Of a stretch of DNA of 64,000 bases, positions 11,289-20,236 are shown piece after piece. This DNA comes from an uncultured virus (IMG/VR IMGVR_UViG_3300028844_004780) (lineage: Duplodnaviria > Heunggongvirae > Uroviricota > Caudoviricetes), in the IMG/VR virus record IMGVR_UViG_3300028844_004780; one strand, given 5' to 3'. Every line of letters starts with the position of its first letter. The first letter of the stretch is position 1. Below the pieces are notes generated by a model. The model had not been told where the DNA came from, did no database searches, and saw nothing but the letters and a program-made list of their open reading frames with translations. The position numbers and the translations under genes were made by a program.

Positions 11289-11645
11289 ATGAAAGATATG
11301 AACGAAAGTTACCGTCGCGGATTTAGCGAAGGAATGAAAATATTTGGAGAGGGTGGTCATATGGGCATGGGACCCAGTGGAAGACCCAGTCTTCCATCTG
11401 AGATAATGCCTCCTAGGTTTCCAGCCAGAGGCCCCATGAGTAAGTTAGGTGGCACTGGAGACGGTGGCACTGGAGACGGTGGCACTGGAGATTCTGGTGG
11501 TTTTATTGGTTACCTTCTCAGTTTCTATGGTCAGTCAGTCCCACCAGCACCAGCCTGGTTAGATCTCGACGGTGACGGAGTAATCGGCGGCGGAGACCTT
11601 GGTCTATACCTCGCTGGAATCACTGGTGGCGGCGAAACCTCCTGA
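11289..11645 (+). CDS. Small internal-head-like protein with dockerin/EF-hand-like C-terminus
   Basis: GAGG RBS; MKDMNESYRR leader shared with ORF 10550; ends DLDGDGVIGGGDLGLYLAG. Confidence 0.65.
   Translation: MKDMNESYRRGFSEGMKIFGEGGHMGMGPSGRPSLPSEIMPPRFPARGPMSKLGGTGDGGTGDGGTGDSGGFIGYLLSFYGQSVPPAPAWLDLDGDGVIGGGDLGLYLAGITGGGETS
11448..11492 (+). repeat. 3 x 15-bp tandem repeat GGTGGCACTGGAGAC (GGTGD linker)
   Basis: Directly visible; last copy ends GAT. Confidence 0.95.
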
Positions 11646-11656
11646 TAAGGACAAAA

Positions 11657-12304
11657 ATGCTATTAATTACCGAGACAAGTCAAGAAGGCATGAAGACCAT
11701 CAAGGAAACCAACCATGATGGCTCCCCTGAATACTACATTCAGGGGATTTTCATGCAGGCCGATAAACAGAATAAAAATGGGAGGATTTATCCCAAGGAA
11801 ATTCTGATGAAAGAGGCCAAAAGGTATAATGAAGAGTACGTGCAAAAGAAGCGTGCTCTGGGCGAACTGGGTCACCCAGAAGGCCCCACGATTAACCTAG
11901 ATAGGGTATGTCATAACATCACAGAGTTATGGACCGAAGGTTCTGATGTCTATGGTAAAGCAAAAATCTTAGATACCCCAATGGGTAACATTGTAAAGAA
12001 TCTCCTCGATGGAGGATGTGAACTCGGTGTCTCAACCAGGGGCATGGGTTCTTTGAAAAGCAGAAAAGGGATCAATGAAGTGCAAGATGACTTTAGTCTT
12101 GCAGCAGTTGATTGCGTAGCAGACCCTTCCGCTCCCGACGCCTACGTACAGGGCATTATGGAGGGTAAGGAATGGGTGTGGGATAATGGAATTTTAAAAT
12201 GTAGGGAAATCGAGTCCCATAAAGAATTGATTGAGAGAGCACACACCAGGGAGGATCGCGAATCTGCCATCCTCCATGCATTCCGAAGCCTCATGAAGGG
12301 CTGA
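11657..12304 (+). CDS. gp21: Prohead core scaffold/protease gp21
   Basis: GIFMQAD, NKNGRIYP, ALGELGHP, GVSTRGMGS, DCVADPSAPDA. Confidence 0.98.
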   Translation: MLLITETSQEGMKTIKETNHDGSPEYYIQGIFMQADKQNKNGRIYPKEILMKEAKRYNEEYVQKKRALGELGHPEGPTINLDRVCHNITELWTEGSDVYGKAKILDTPMGNIVKNLLDGGCELGVSTRGMGSLKSRKGINEVQDDFSLAAVDCVADPSAPDAYVQGIMEGKEWVWDNGILKCREIESHKELIERAHTREDRESAILHAFRSLMKG

Positions 12305-12344
12305 AAGAGCATAAATAGGAAGACTACTAAAGGAGATAGCTGAT

Positions 12345-13418
12345 ATGCCCACTTCCAAGAATAAATTGTCCGAGGACCTCGCCAACGCCGCTAAAAAGGC
12401 GATGGAAAATGGGGAATCGGAGTTCGAATACGATGGCAAAACCTACAAGGTGTCCGATTTCGAGGATCTCGAAGAGGCCGCCCATGAGGAAGAACCCACC
12501 ACCAAGAGCATCAACTCCAACGACGGAGTAAAGGCCGCTGGCAATGCCACCAAGAAGGCCAAGCAGAAAGGTTCTACCAACGAAAGTAGACGACACGTTT
12601 CTGCTACTGGCCTTGTCGAGATCGCCCAGCAAGAAGCTGGCACTTCAATCGTCGAAGATGTAGACGCCCTTTTCAGCGGTGAAGACCTCACCGAAGAATT
12701 CAAGACCAAGGCATCCGTTATCTTCGAGTCTGCCGTTTCTGCCAGAGTTGAGCAGATCGCCGAAACACTTGAAGAAGAGGCCAACAGAAAGGTCGAGGTT
12801 CTTGCTGAAGAAAAGAACCAAGAGCTTGCTGGTCAGGTCGATGATTATCTCACCTACGTTGCTGAAGAGTGGATGAAGGAAAACCAGATCGCCGTGGAAA
12901 GAGGCATCAGAACTGATGTTTGTGAGAGTTTCATGAGCGGTCTCAAAAGCCTCTTCGAAGCACATCACATTAATATGCCAGAAGAAAAGGTGGAAGTCCT
13001 CTCCCAGCAGCAGCAGCAGATCAGTGATCTTACCAGTCGTCTCAACGAAGAGATCAGCAAGAATGCAACTGCCGCTAAGCAAGGTAGAATGATTCAGGAA
13101 GCAGCCCAGAAGAAGGCAACCGCCAACGCAGCACTCATCGAGTGTGAAAAGGCAATCCATTCCGCCTCTTACGGTCTTGCCGATACCGAAGTTGAGAAGC
13201 TCAGAGCCCTTTCCGAGGGAATTGACTTTGATACGGTTGGTCAGTTCAAGCAGAAGTTATCTGTCATCAAGGAATCGTACTTTGGTAACGGGTTTAATAA
13301 GAAGTCTGGCAATGTCATCGACGAAGAGGACACCATCCTTGAAGGTGATGATGCCGTTTATACGTCCCCTAACGTCGCACATTACGCGAACTATTTAAGC
13401 ACTAAGTCAGACAGCTGA
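12345..13418 (+). CDS. gp22: Prohead core scaffolding protein gp22
   Basis: EDLTEEFKTKASVIFESAV, VDDYLTYVAEEWMKEN, IKESYF; ATAAATA at 12311. Confidence 0.95.
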   Translation: MPTSKNKLSEDLANAAKKAMENGESEFEYDGKTYKVSDFEDLEEAAHEEEPTTKSINSNDGVKAAGNATKKAKQKGSTNESRRHVSATGLVEIAQQEAGTSIVEDVDALFSGEDLTEEFKTKASVIFESAVSARVEQIAETLEEEANRKVEVLAEEKNQELAGQVDDYLTYVAEEWMKENQIAVERGIRTDVCESFMSGLKSLFEAHHINMPEEKVEVLSQQQQQISDLTSRLNEEISKNATAAKQGRMIQEAAQKKATANAALIECEKAIHSASYGLADTEVEKLRALSEGIDFDTVGQFKQKLSVIKESYFGNGFNKKSGNVIDEEDTILEGDDAVYTSPNVAHYANYLSTKSDS

Positions 13419-13448
13419 TCTGGCACATCTAATAAGAAGGAAAATTCA

Positions 13449-14855
13449 ATGAATACTGAATTCAATGACCCCACCGACCTCACCGAGGCCGTTAAGACCA
13501 AGTGGAAGCCCATCCTTGAGCACAAGGATTGCGAACCAATCACCGACCCCTACAAGAGAAACGTTACTGCGGTTCTTCTTGAAAACCAAGAGCAGGCAAT
13601 GCTCGCTGAAACCACCAACGTTATTGGTGGATCCGCTCTCGGAACCGATGGTGCCGACGCTGTCAAGACTTGGGACCCAGTTCTCATCAGTCTCGTCCGT
13701 CGTTCGATGCCAAACCTCATCGCTTATGATATCTGTGGTGTTCAGCCCATGACTGGACCTACTGGACTTATCTTCGCTATGAAGGCTAAGTTCGATGCCC
13801 AGAATGGTACCGAGGCATGGCCTTTCAACATCACCGATAACTTCTCGGCTGGGACCACCCCTGGCACCTACTCCGCTAACTCAGAGGATGACTTCCTCAA
13901 GCTTAATGGTGCCTCTGGTGCACAGAATGCTGGACAGGCCAACGCTTATGACGAAGGCGAGCATGGTTATGCTACCTCCGTTGGTGAAGGCCTTGGCGGG
14001 TCCGTTAACCCGTTCGCTCAGATGGCGTTCGAAATCTCCCGTACTTCGGTCGTCGCTAAGACTCGTGCTCTCAAGGCAGAGTACACCACTGAGCTTGCTC
14101 AGGACCTCAAGGCAATTCACGGACTCGATGCCGAGACCGAGCTTGCCAACATCCTGAGTGGTCAGATCCTCGCTGAGATCAACCGTGAGGTCCTCTCGTC
14201 GATCTACCGTACCGCTAAGCTCGGTGCTCAGCAGACTGACCTGGCCCAAGGTGGAATCAGTGGTGGGTCGGGTGGATTCACGGCTGCCAATGGTGGTGTC
14301 TATGACCTCATTCACGACTCGGACGGTCGCTGGAGTGCTGAGAAGTTCAGAGGACTTCTCTTCCAGATCGAGCGTGAGTGCAACCAGATCGCTAAGGACA
14401 CCCGTCGTGGTAAGGGCAACATCGTCATCTGCTCGTCGGATGTCGCCTCTGCTCTCGCCATGGGTGGATTCCTTCAGCTAAGCGGTGGTGATGCTGGAAA
14501 CCTCAACGTCGATGACGCTGGCAACCTTCTTGCTGGTACCATCGGTGGTGGACGCATCAAGGTCTACGTCGACCCATACGCAACCTTCGACTTCGTTGCT
14601 TGTGGTTACCGTGGATCGTCCGCTTACGACGCAGGTATGTTCTACTGCCCATACGTTCCACTTCAGATGGTTCGTGCCGTGGGTGAAGATACCTTCCAGC
14701 CCAAGATCGGGTTCAAGACCCGTTACGGTCTGGTCAACAACCCATACGTTGCGACTGCAACCACTAATGCACGCGATCTCTCGAACGTTGCATCTAACCG
14801 CGTCAACCAGTATTACAGAGTGTTCCGCATCCTAAACTTGCATGGCACTGCCTGA
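13449..14855 (+). CDS. gp23: Major capsid protein gp23
   Basis: DPVLISLVRRSMPNLIAYDICGVQPMTGPTGLIFA, ELAQDLKAIHGLDAE, FQPKIGFKTRYG. Confidence 0.99.
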   Translation: MNTEFNDPTDLTEAVKTKWKPILEHKDCEPITDPYKRNVTAVLLENQEQAMLAETTNVIGGSALGTDGADAVKTWDPVLISLVRRSMPNLIAYDICGVQPMTGPTGLIFAMKAKFDAQNGTEAWPFNITDNFSAGTTPGTYSANSEDDFLKLNGASGAQNAGQANAYDEGEHGYATSVGEGLGGSVNPFAQMAFEISRTSVVAKTRALKAEYTTELAQDLKAIHGLDAETELANILSGQILAEINREVLSSIYRTAKLGAQQTDLAQGGISGGSGGFTAANGGVYDLIHDSDGRWSAEKFRGLLFQIERECNQIAKDTRRGKGNIVICSSDVASALAMGGFLQLSGGDAGNLNVDDAGNLLAGTIGGGRIKVYVDPYATFDFVACGYRGSSAYDAGMFYCPYVPLQMVRAVGEDTFQPKIGFKTRYGLVNNPYVATATTNARDLSNVASNRVNQYYRVFRILNLHGTA

Positions 14856-14937
14856 TAGTAATACTTAAGATTAGTAGGGAAGGTGTCACAGGTGTTTTTG
14901 ATAAACACCCCCAGAGCATCCTCTCTGCGTCCTCAAG

Positions 14938-14966
14938 GGGGCAGGTCTTCGGACCTGCCCCTTTTT
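14938..14966 (+). terminator. Rho-independent terminator with C(UUCG)G tetraloop
   Basis: GGGGCAGGTC-TTCG-GACCTGCCCC-TTTTT after gp23. Confidence 0.95.
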
Positions 14967-14968
14967 CA

Positions 14969-14976
14969 TATAAATA
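14969..14976 (+). promoter_or_regulatory. T4 late promoter TATAAATA
   Basis: Perfect consensus upstream of gp3. Confidence 0.85.
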
Positions 14977-14991
14977 TCATGGAGACAAAAA

Positions 14992-15549
14992 ATGAGCAAT
15001 TTTGGAATAACTGGGTCTGATCTTCCTGGTACACCATCTAATGTGAGTCTAAGTAAATTGAGCAGGCAGGTAACCAACACCAGCCTTCTCGGTCCGACTT
15101 CTTTTAGGTTGTCAATCATGAGATTGCCTGAAGTCACTTATTTTTGCCAGTCCGCCAACGTACCAAGCATCTCGGTTGAGCAGTTAGACCGTGCCAACAT
15201 GTTTGTAGACATTAAGGAAATCGGCAAGCCTTCCTACGGCGATTTCAACATCTCCTTCTTGGTGGACGAAGACCTGAAAAACTGGAAGTCTATCCATGAT
15301 TGGATGAGAGGCGTTGCACCTTTCGACGACTTCACCGAGAATATTGATCCTTATGCAGATCACAGATCAGACGCCATTTTGATGATCACCACTGGTGCTA
15401 TGAATCCCAATGTGGAAATCACTTTCAAAGGCTGCTTCCCGTCTGAAATGGGCGAAATAGCCTTCGACAGCAAAGATACCGAAATAGACCCGATCGTAGT
15501 CGACCTGACTTTCGGATTTGACAGCTTCGAGGTGCGCCTAATACCTTGA
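14992..15549 (+). CDS. gp3: Tail completion / head-proximal tube tip gp3
   Basis: YFCQSANVP, FLVDEDLKNWKSIHDWM, SDAIL; position after gp23 as in marine T4-like phages. Confidence 0.9.
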   Translation: MSNFGITGSDLPGTPSNVSLSKLSRQVTNTSLLGPTSFRLSIMRLPEVTYFCQSANVPSISVEQLDRANMFVDIKEIGKPSYGDFNISFLVDEDLKNWKSIHDWMRGVAPFDDFTENIDPYADHRSDAILMITTGAMNPNVEITFKGCFPSEMGEIAFDSKDTEIDPIVVDLTFGFDSFEVRLIP

Positions 15550-15574
15550 CCCACACCAGCCTATGATATACAAT
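15546..15574 (+). promoter_or_regulatory. Sigma70-like promoter TTGACC-17-TACAAT with GCCT spacer motif
   Basis: 17-bp spacing, upstream of uvsY. Confidence 0.75.
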
Positions 15575-15600
15575 GGGGTAAACTAGTGGAGGTTTAGTGT

Positions 15601-16038
15601 ATGGACTACGAAGACATCAAAAACATGGCGGAGAAAGACTCCAAGATTGACGGCACGGAGCTGGATATCGAGTCTATTAAAATTCCCCAGCTGCACAACA
15701 AATATCTTAGGATGCTACAAGACGAGAAGCTAGTACTAAGGTCCCTCTTATCTAAGAAATCTCTCTTGCAGAGACTAAAGTGGGAGTATTATACTGGCAA
15801 AATGAGCAAGGAAGAACTAGAGCACCACGAGTGGGAACCTTTTCAACTGAACGTTCTGAAGAAGGATCTAGATATCTACCTAGAGTCTGACGCAGACATG
15901 AACGTCATGAAAGATAGAGTCGCCTACCAAGAGGCAAAGCTCCAGTTCCTAGAAGAAGTTATTAAAGAACTCAACAGCAGACCCTGGAAGATCAAGAATG
16001 CTATTGAGTGGAGGAAGTTTACCTCTGGTGGATTCTGA
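15601..16038 (+). CDS. uvsY: Recombination mediator UvsY
   Basis: ESIKIPQLHNKY, WEYYTGK, IKNAIEWRKF. Confidence 0.95.
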   Translation: MDYEDIKNMAEKDSKIDGTELDIESIKIPQLHNKYLRMLQDEKLVLRSLLSKKSLLQRLKWEYYTGKMSKEELEHHEWEPFQLNVLKKDLDIYLESDADMNVMKDRVAYQEAKLQFLEEVIKELNSRPWKIKNAIEWRKFTSGGF

Positions 16039-16040
16039 TA

Positions 16041-17567
16041 ATGATCGGTATTGAAAAGATAAATGACGTCAGCATGAAGGTACACTGTGAGGACAGAGGA
16101 ATCCTCAAAGAGGTATCGCAGTTTTTTACTTTCATGGTCCCAGGCGCAGAACACATGCCAGCCTACAAGAGTAGGAAGTGGGACGGCAAGATCAAACTTT
16201 TCAATATCCATACACAGGAGTTACCCATTGGTCTGTACCCCCATCTTCTTAGGTTTTGTGAAGATAGACGATATGATAGAGAGGTCATTGGGGACAGTCC
16301 ACAGAAGTACCAAGAAGTGGGTATCGAGACTATTCAGAAATACATCGATAGTCACCTGAGACCAGTGGCAGGGGGTAACAGGGTAAATGCCCATCCACAC
16401 CAAATCGAAGCAGTCACCCATGCCATCGAGAACAATCGTTGCACTCTTCTCAGCCCGACTGGGAGCGGCAAGAGCCTGATCATTTACGCTTTGGTGAGAT
16501 TCTATCTGGACAACATACCAGAGGATAAAAAGGTCTTGATTGTAGTTCCTACCACCAGTTTGGTCTCCCAAATGTATTCCGACTTCGAAGATTATTCTGC
16601 CGAGAACGGTTGGGACGTTGAATCGAACTGCCACAAGGTCACTGCTGGTAAGGACAAAAGCATCGACCATAAAAGAATCACGATCTCTACTTGGCAGAGC
16701 ATTTACAATCTAGACAAGAACTATTTCAACCAATATGGTGCCGTCGTCGGAGACGAGTGTCACCTATTCAAGTCTAAATCACTCAGCACCCTGATGGGCA
16801 AGCTTACTGACTGTCCCTACAGGGTCGGTACTACTGGAACCTTGGATGGCACCAAAGTCCATAAGTTGGTGATTGAAGGAGCCTTCGGTCCGACTTACAA
16901 GGTTACCTCTACCAAAGACCTGATAGAGAAATCGATCCTGTCTGACTTCGAAATTGATTGTATTCTGCTCAAATATCCAGAATACTACCGTAGGAAGTAC
17001 AAGAGGATTAGTTATCAAGAAGAGATCGACCTTTTAGTAAATACTGATTTCAGAAACGAATTCATCACCGACCTTACTAAGAATCTTAAAGGTAATACAC
17101 TGGTCCTGTTTCAGTATGTGCAGAAGCACGGCATCCCCCTACATTCCATGATTGAAGAGGCCATACCAGACAGGAAGGTCTTCCTCATTCATGGTGGTAC
17201 CGATGCGGATTCTAGAGAAGAAATCCGTAAGATCGTGGAAACGGAAGAAAATGCCGTTATTGTAGCATCTTATGGTACCTTTTCTACTGGGGTGTCTATA
17301 AGAAGACTTCATAATATTGTGTTTGCCTCTCCTTCTAAGAGCAGAGTTAGAGTGCTGCAGTCTATTGGGAGGCAACTCCGCAAGTCAGATCACAAAGAGG
17401 TCGCACGTTTGTACGATATTTCTGACGACTTACACTGGTTGAGTTATAAGAACCATACACTTAGACACCACGAAGAGAGACTAAAGATCTACGATTCTGA
17501 GAACTTCACCTATAAAGTCATTGATATAAATATTGATGAACAAAAGGAGGATACTGGCCATGAGTAG
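16041..17567 (+). CDS. uvsW: RNA-DNA/DNA-DNA helicase UvsW
   Basis: WDGKIKLF, SPTGSGKS, GDECH, TGT, LQSIGRQLR. Confidence 0.97.
   Translation: MIGIEKINDVSMKVHCEDRGILKEVSQFFTFMVPGAEHMPAYKSRKWDGKIKLFNIHTQELPIGLYPHLLRFCEDRRYDREVIGDSPQKYQEVGIETIQKYIDSHLRPVAGGNRVNAHPHQIEAVTHAIENNRCTLLSPTGSGKSLIIYALVRFYLDNIPEDKKVLIVVPTTSLVSQMYSDFEDYSAENGWDVESNCHKVTAGKDKSIDHKRITISTWQSIYNLDKNYFNQYGAVVGDECHLFKSKSLSTLMGKLTDCPYRVGTTGTLDGTKVHKLVIEGAFGPTYKVTSTKDLIEKSILSDFEIDCILLKYPEYYRRKYKRISYQEEIDLLVNTDFRNEFITDLTKNLKGNTLVLFQYVQKHGIPLHSMIEEAIPDRKVFLIHGGTDADSREEIRKIVETEENAVIVASYGTFSTGVSIRRLHNIVFASPSKSRVRVLQSIGRQLRKSDHKEVARLYDISDDLHWLSYKNHTLRHHEERLKIYDSENFTYKVIDINIDEQKEDTGHE
17525..17532 (+). promoter_or_regulatory. T4 late promoter TATAAATA
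   Basis: Perfect consensus inside the 3' end of uvsW, upstream of ORF 17560. Confidence 0.7.
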
Positions 17568-18168
17568 TAGTAACCTCAATAAAAAGGGCAAGAACAAGCC
17601 CGACAAAGGTTATCGCATCGTTCGTTTAGTAAACGGAGAGAAGTTGATTGCCAAAATCTCTGGTTCGACCTCTACCAAGTTGGTTCTGAACAGACCGATG
17701 ACCATTAGGGGTATGACCACCAACAACCCATTAGCGGGGATATCTAAAGAATTCCTGGTCTTATCGGATTGGATGGAGCATTGTTCTGATGACGACGTAA
17801 GAATCAAGTTAGACTGTGTGCTTACAATTTCTAGCCCAGACGAATTCATCGAAGAGGCATATGACTGCCAAAAAGAGTATGAAGATACTGGCAGTGCAGA
17901 CCCAAGGATGGAAGATGTGCCCAGCAGTAATCCCAATAATCCCAATAACCACAAGACTCTGGCAGAGCTTCTAGAAGAAGCAGAGGACGAAGAATTCACC
18001 GAGGATAGTCTCAAGGAATTCTTGTCTGATTTTGTTAACTCGATAATCGACAAAGCATCCTCAAAACTAGAGGAAGAGTGGGTCGATGAAGAGGTCGACA
18101 AGGAAAGACCAGACTATGGTAATGAATTGGATGATTGGTCGCCTTACCCAGAAGATTATTGCGATTGA
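17560..18168 (+). CDS. Sm-like-fold protein with acidic tail
   Basis: AGGAGG RBS; YRIVRLVNGEKLIAKI motif typical of the gene between uvsW and gp55 in marine T4-like phages. Confidence 0.65.
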   Translation: MSSSNLNKKGKNKPDKGYRIVRLVNGEKLIAKISGSTSTKLVLNRPMTIRGMTTNNPLAGISKEFLVLSDWMEHCSDDDVRIKLDCVLTISSPDEFIEEAYDCQKEYEDTGSADPRMEDVPSSNPNNPNNHKTLAELLEEAEDEEFTEDSLKEFLSDFVNSIIDKASSKLEEEWVDEEVDKERPDYGNELDDWSPYPEDYCD

Positions 18169-18234
18169 AGCATTTACTCCAACGGGTGAGTAGGACTCTT
18201 TATGTATCAAATCACTAAAATATTGTCAATATAC

Positions 18235-18263
18235 TTGACGTGGCTGTACTTTTGTGGTATAAT
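18235..18263 (+). promoter_or_regulatory. Sigma70-like promoter TTGACG-17-TATAAT (extended TG)
   Basis: Near-consensus, upstream of gp55. Confidence 0.85.
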
Positions 18264-18286
18264 TTGGGAATGAAAGGAGTCCAACA

Positions 18287-18844
18287 GTGACTGACAAGAA
18301 GAAGAAGAACCCGAATCATTATGTTAACAATGTGGAATTTTATGAGGCCCTTTGCGAGTGGAAAGAGGGGGTAGTAGAAGCTGACGAAAGTGGAGAGCAA
18401 AGACCGCCGATCACAGACTATATTGGATCTTGTTTTCTGAAGATCGCAGAAGGTCTTTCCCGCAAGGCGTGTTTTTACAACTACGATTTCAAGGACGAGA
18501 TGGTGGGAGATGCGATCGAGAACGCAGTTCTTTACGCACACAATTTCAGCCCCACGAAGAGTAAGAACCCCTTTGCCTACTTTACCCAGATGATGTATTA
18601 TGCTTTCCTTCGCAGAATTCAGAAGGAAAAGAAGCAGATGTATGTTAAGTACAAGCTTGCCGAACAGCAGGATGACTACAAGAACATGCCTAGGTGGGAT
18701 GACACCGACCCACATGAGAAGTTAAGCCTAAATAAGGTGTTCAGTCTTTCAGATAACGATGTGAGTACTCTGGACGAGAAGACTGCCCCCAAGAAGAAGA
18801 AGAAGTCTTCTGGTGGAACGTTAGATAATATTATGGACCAGTGA
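18287..18844 (+). CDS. gp55: Late transcription sigma factor gp55
   Basis: HYVNNVEFY, YIGSCFLKIAEGLS, NPFAYFTQ..YYAFLRRIQKEKKQ. Confidence 0.97.
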   Translation: MTDKKKKNPNHYVNNVEFYEALCEWKEGVVEADESGEQRPPITDYIGSCFLKIAEGLSRKACFYNYDFKDEMVGDAIENAVLYAHNFSPTKSKNPFAYFTQMMYYAFLRRIQKEKKQMYVKYKLAEQQDDYKNMPRWDDTDPHEKLSLNKVFSLSDNDVSTLDEKTAPKKKKKSSGGTLDNIMDQ

Positions 18845-18845
18845 T

Positions 18846-19904
18846 ATGAAGATTGCGATTGTTACCGATACCCACTTCGGTGCACGAAACGATTCCCAGT
18901 TATTTTTAGACCATTTTGTCGGTTTCTTTGAGGACGTTTTTTTCCCTGCCCTCAAAAGGTATGACATCGACACGGTCATCCACGCTGGTGATCTATTAGA
19001 CCGAAGAAAGTACATAAATTTCAACACCCTGAATACCGTCCGCAAGAAAGTGCTTGAACCCATGCGAGACATGGGTGTTACTATGCACTGTATCCTCGGT
19101 AATCACGACACCTACTATAAGAACACCAACGACGTTAACAGTATCAAAGAACTGTTTGACGGTAAGTACCCCAACTTCGTCCTTCATGAGAAGCCTGAGA
19201 CGATTTGCCTGGGTGGGATGGATCTTGCTCTGTTGCCGTGGATAAACGGTGAAAATGAGGCAGAAGCAGAAGCCTTCATTAAGAGCACACCAGCCCAGTG
19301 GTTGATCGGTCATTTAGAGCTGAAGGGATACGAGGTGATGAGGGGGGTAAAGTACGACGGAGGTTCGGACCCTGGACTTTTCTCCAGATTCGAACAGGTG
19401 CTTAGCGGTCATTTCCATTGCAGACAGGAAAGAGGCAATGTGGTCTATCTGGGTACTCCTTATCAGATCACTTTTTCTGACTCTGGAGAAACCAAGGGGT
19501 TTTGGATTCTTGACACGGAGACCAGAGAGATGGAATTCATCAAGAATCCAGAGTGCATGTTCCACAGCCTTTCTTATGACGACGAAAACAAAGATTATAC
19601 CAAGTTTATCAACAGTACACACCCGCAGTACAAAAACAAGTACATGAAGCTCTACGTTCTCAGTAAGGAGAACCCTTATATACTTGACAGAGTGATGGAC
19701 TCATTGTATAATAGTGGTGTGTACAGTCTTACCATCATGGACGAGACAGACAGGCTGGATAAAGAAGAAATAGAGGCCGCAGATGCGACCAAGAGCACTT
19801 TAGAAATCATCATGGATGAAATCGACAAGAGAACAGAAATCAAGAACCCCAATAAGGTGAAAGAGTTAGTGAAGGAAATTTATTTGGAATCTTTATCACA
19901 ATGA
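18846..19904 (+). CDS. gp47: Recombination endonuclease subunit gp47 (Mre11-like)
   Basis: DTHFGARND, GDLLD, GNHD, GHLE, SGHFH metallophosphoesterase motifs. Confidence 0.97.
   Translation: MKIAIVTDTHFGARNDSQLFLDHFVGFFEDVFFPALKRYDIDTVIHAGDLLDRRKYINFNTLNTVRKKVLEPMRDMGVTMHCILGNHDTYYKNTNDVNSIKELFDGKYPNFVLHEKPETICLGGMDLALLPWINGENEAEAEAFIKSTPAQWLIGHLELKGYEVMRGVKYDGGSDPGLFSRFEQVLSGHFHCRQERGNVVYLGTPYQITFSDSGETKGFWILDTETREMEFIKNPECMFHSLSYDDENKDYTKFINSTHPQYKNKYMKLYVLSKENPYILDRVMDSLYNSGVYSLTIMDETDRLDKEEIEAADATKSTLEIIMDEIDKRTEIKNPNKVKELVKEIYLESLSQ
19684..19712 (+). promoter_or_regulatory. Perfect sigma70 promoter TTGACA-17-TATAAT inside gp47
   Basis: Exact consensus and spacing; upstream of ORF 19901, tRNA-Ile and gp46. 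Confidence 0.7.
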
Positions 19905-20137
19905 GTAAATTTAGACTACATATCGATATCCCGATGCATTTCGAAGAAGAATCGGCGATTAGAGACACCCAAAGGGTAATTGGCATGTTGAACGACCATT
20001 TCAATGAGCTTAGAAAGATGGGGGTATCCACTGTCAACTACCGTCTGGGTCATGATGATGACAGACAGAAGAGCAACTATTTGGATAAGAACGAGAACGG
20101 ACATGTTAGCAACAAGAAGTCTGTAATCCCACTTTGA
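19901..20137 (+). CDS. Hypothetical protein
   Basis: ATGA overlap with the gp47 stop. Confidence 0.7.
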   Translation: MSKFRLHIDIPMHFEEESAIRDTQRVIGMLNDHFNELRKMGVSTVNYRLGHDDDRQKSNYLDKNENGHVSNKKSVIPL

Positions 20138-20145
20138 AGAACCAC

Positions 20146-20218
20146 GGGTCGGAAGCGGATGGCATCAGCAGCGTCGCTTATAACGACGTTTTCGGGAGTT
20201 CGAGTCTCCCTCGACTCA
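20146..20218 (+). tRNA. tRNA-Ile (anticodon UAU)
   Basis: Acceptor GGGTCGG/TCGACTC, anticodon stem CGTCG-CTTATAA-CGACG, T arm GGGAG-TTCGAGT-CTCCC; atypical D arm; CCA not encoded. Confidence 0.75.
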
Positions 20219-20236
20219 TTTGAAAGGAGGATCATT

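Noticed and set aside
11448..11492. 15-bp repeats as a possible CRISPR or regulatory array
   Set aside because: In-frame tandem repeats without spacers, encoding a GGTGD linker; no CRISPR array seen in the window
13005..13019. (CAG)5 in gp22
   Set aside because: Short poly-Gln in a coiled coil; not informative
20159..20236. N-terminal extension of ORF 20159
   Set aside because: Overlaps the tRNA-Ile; a strong SD places the start at 20237
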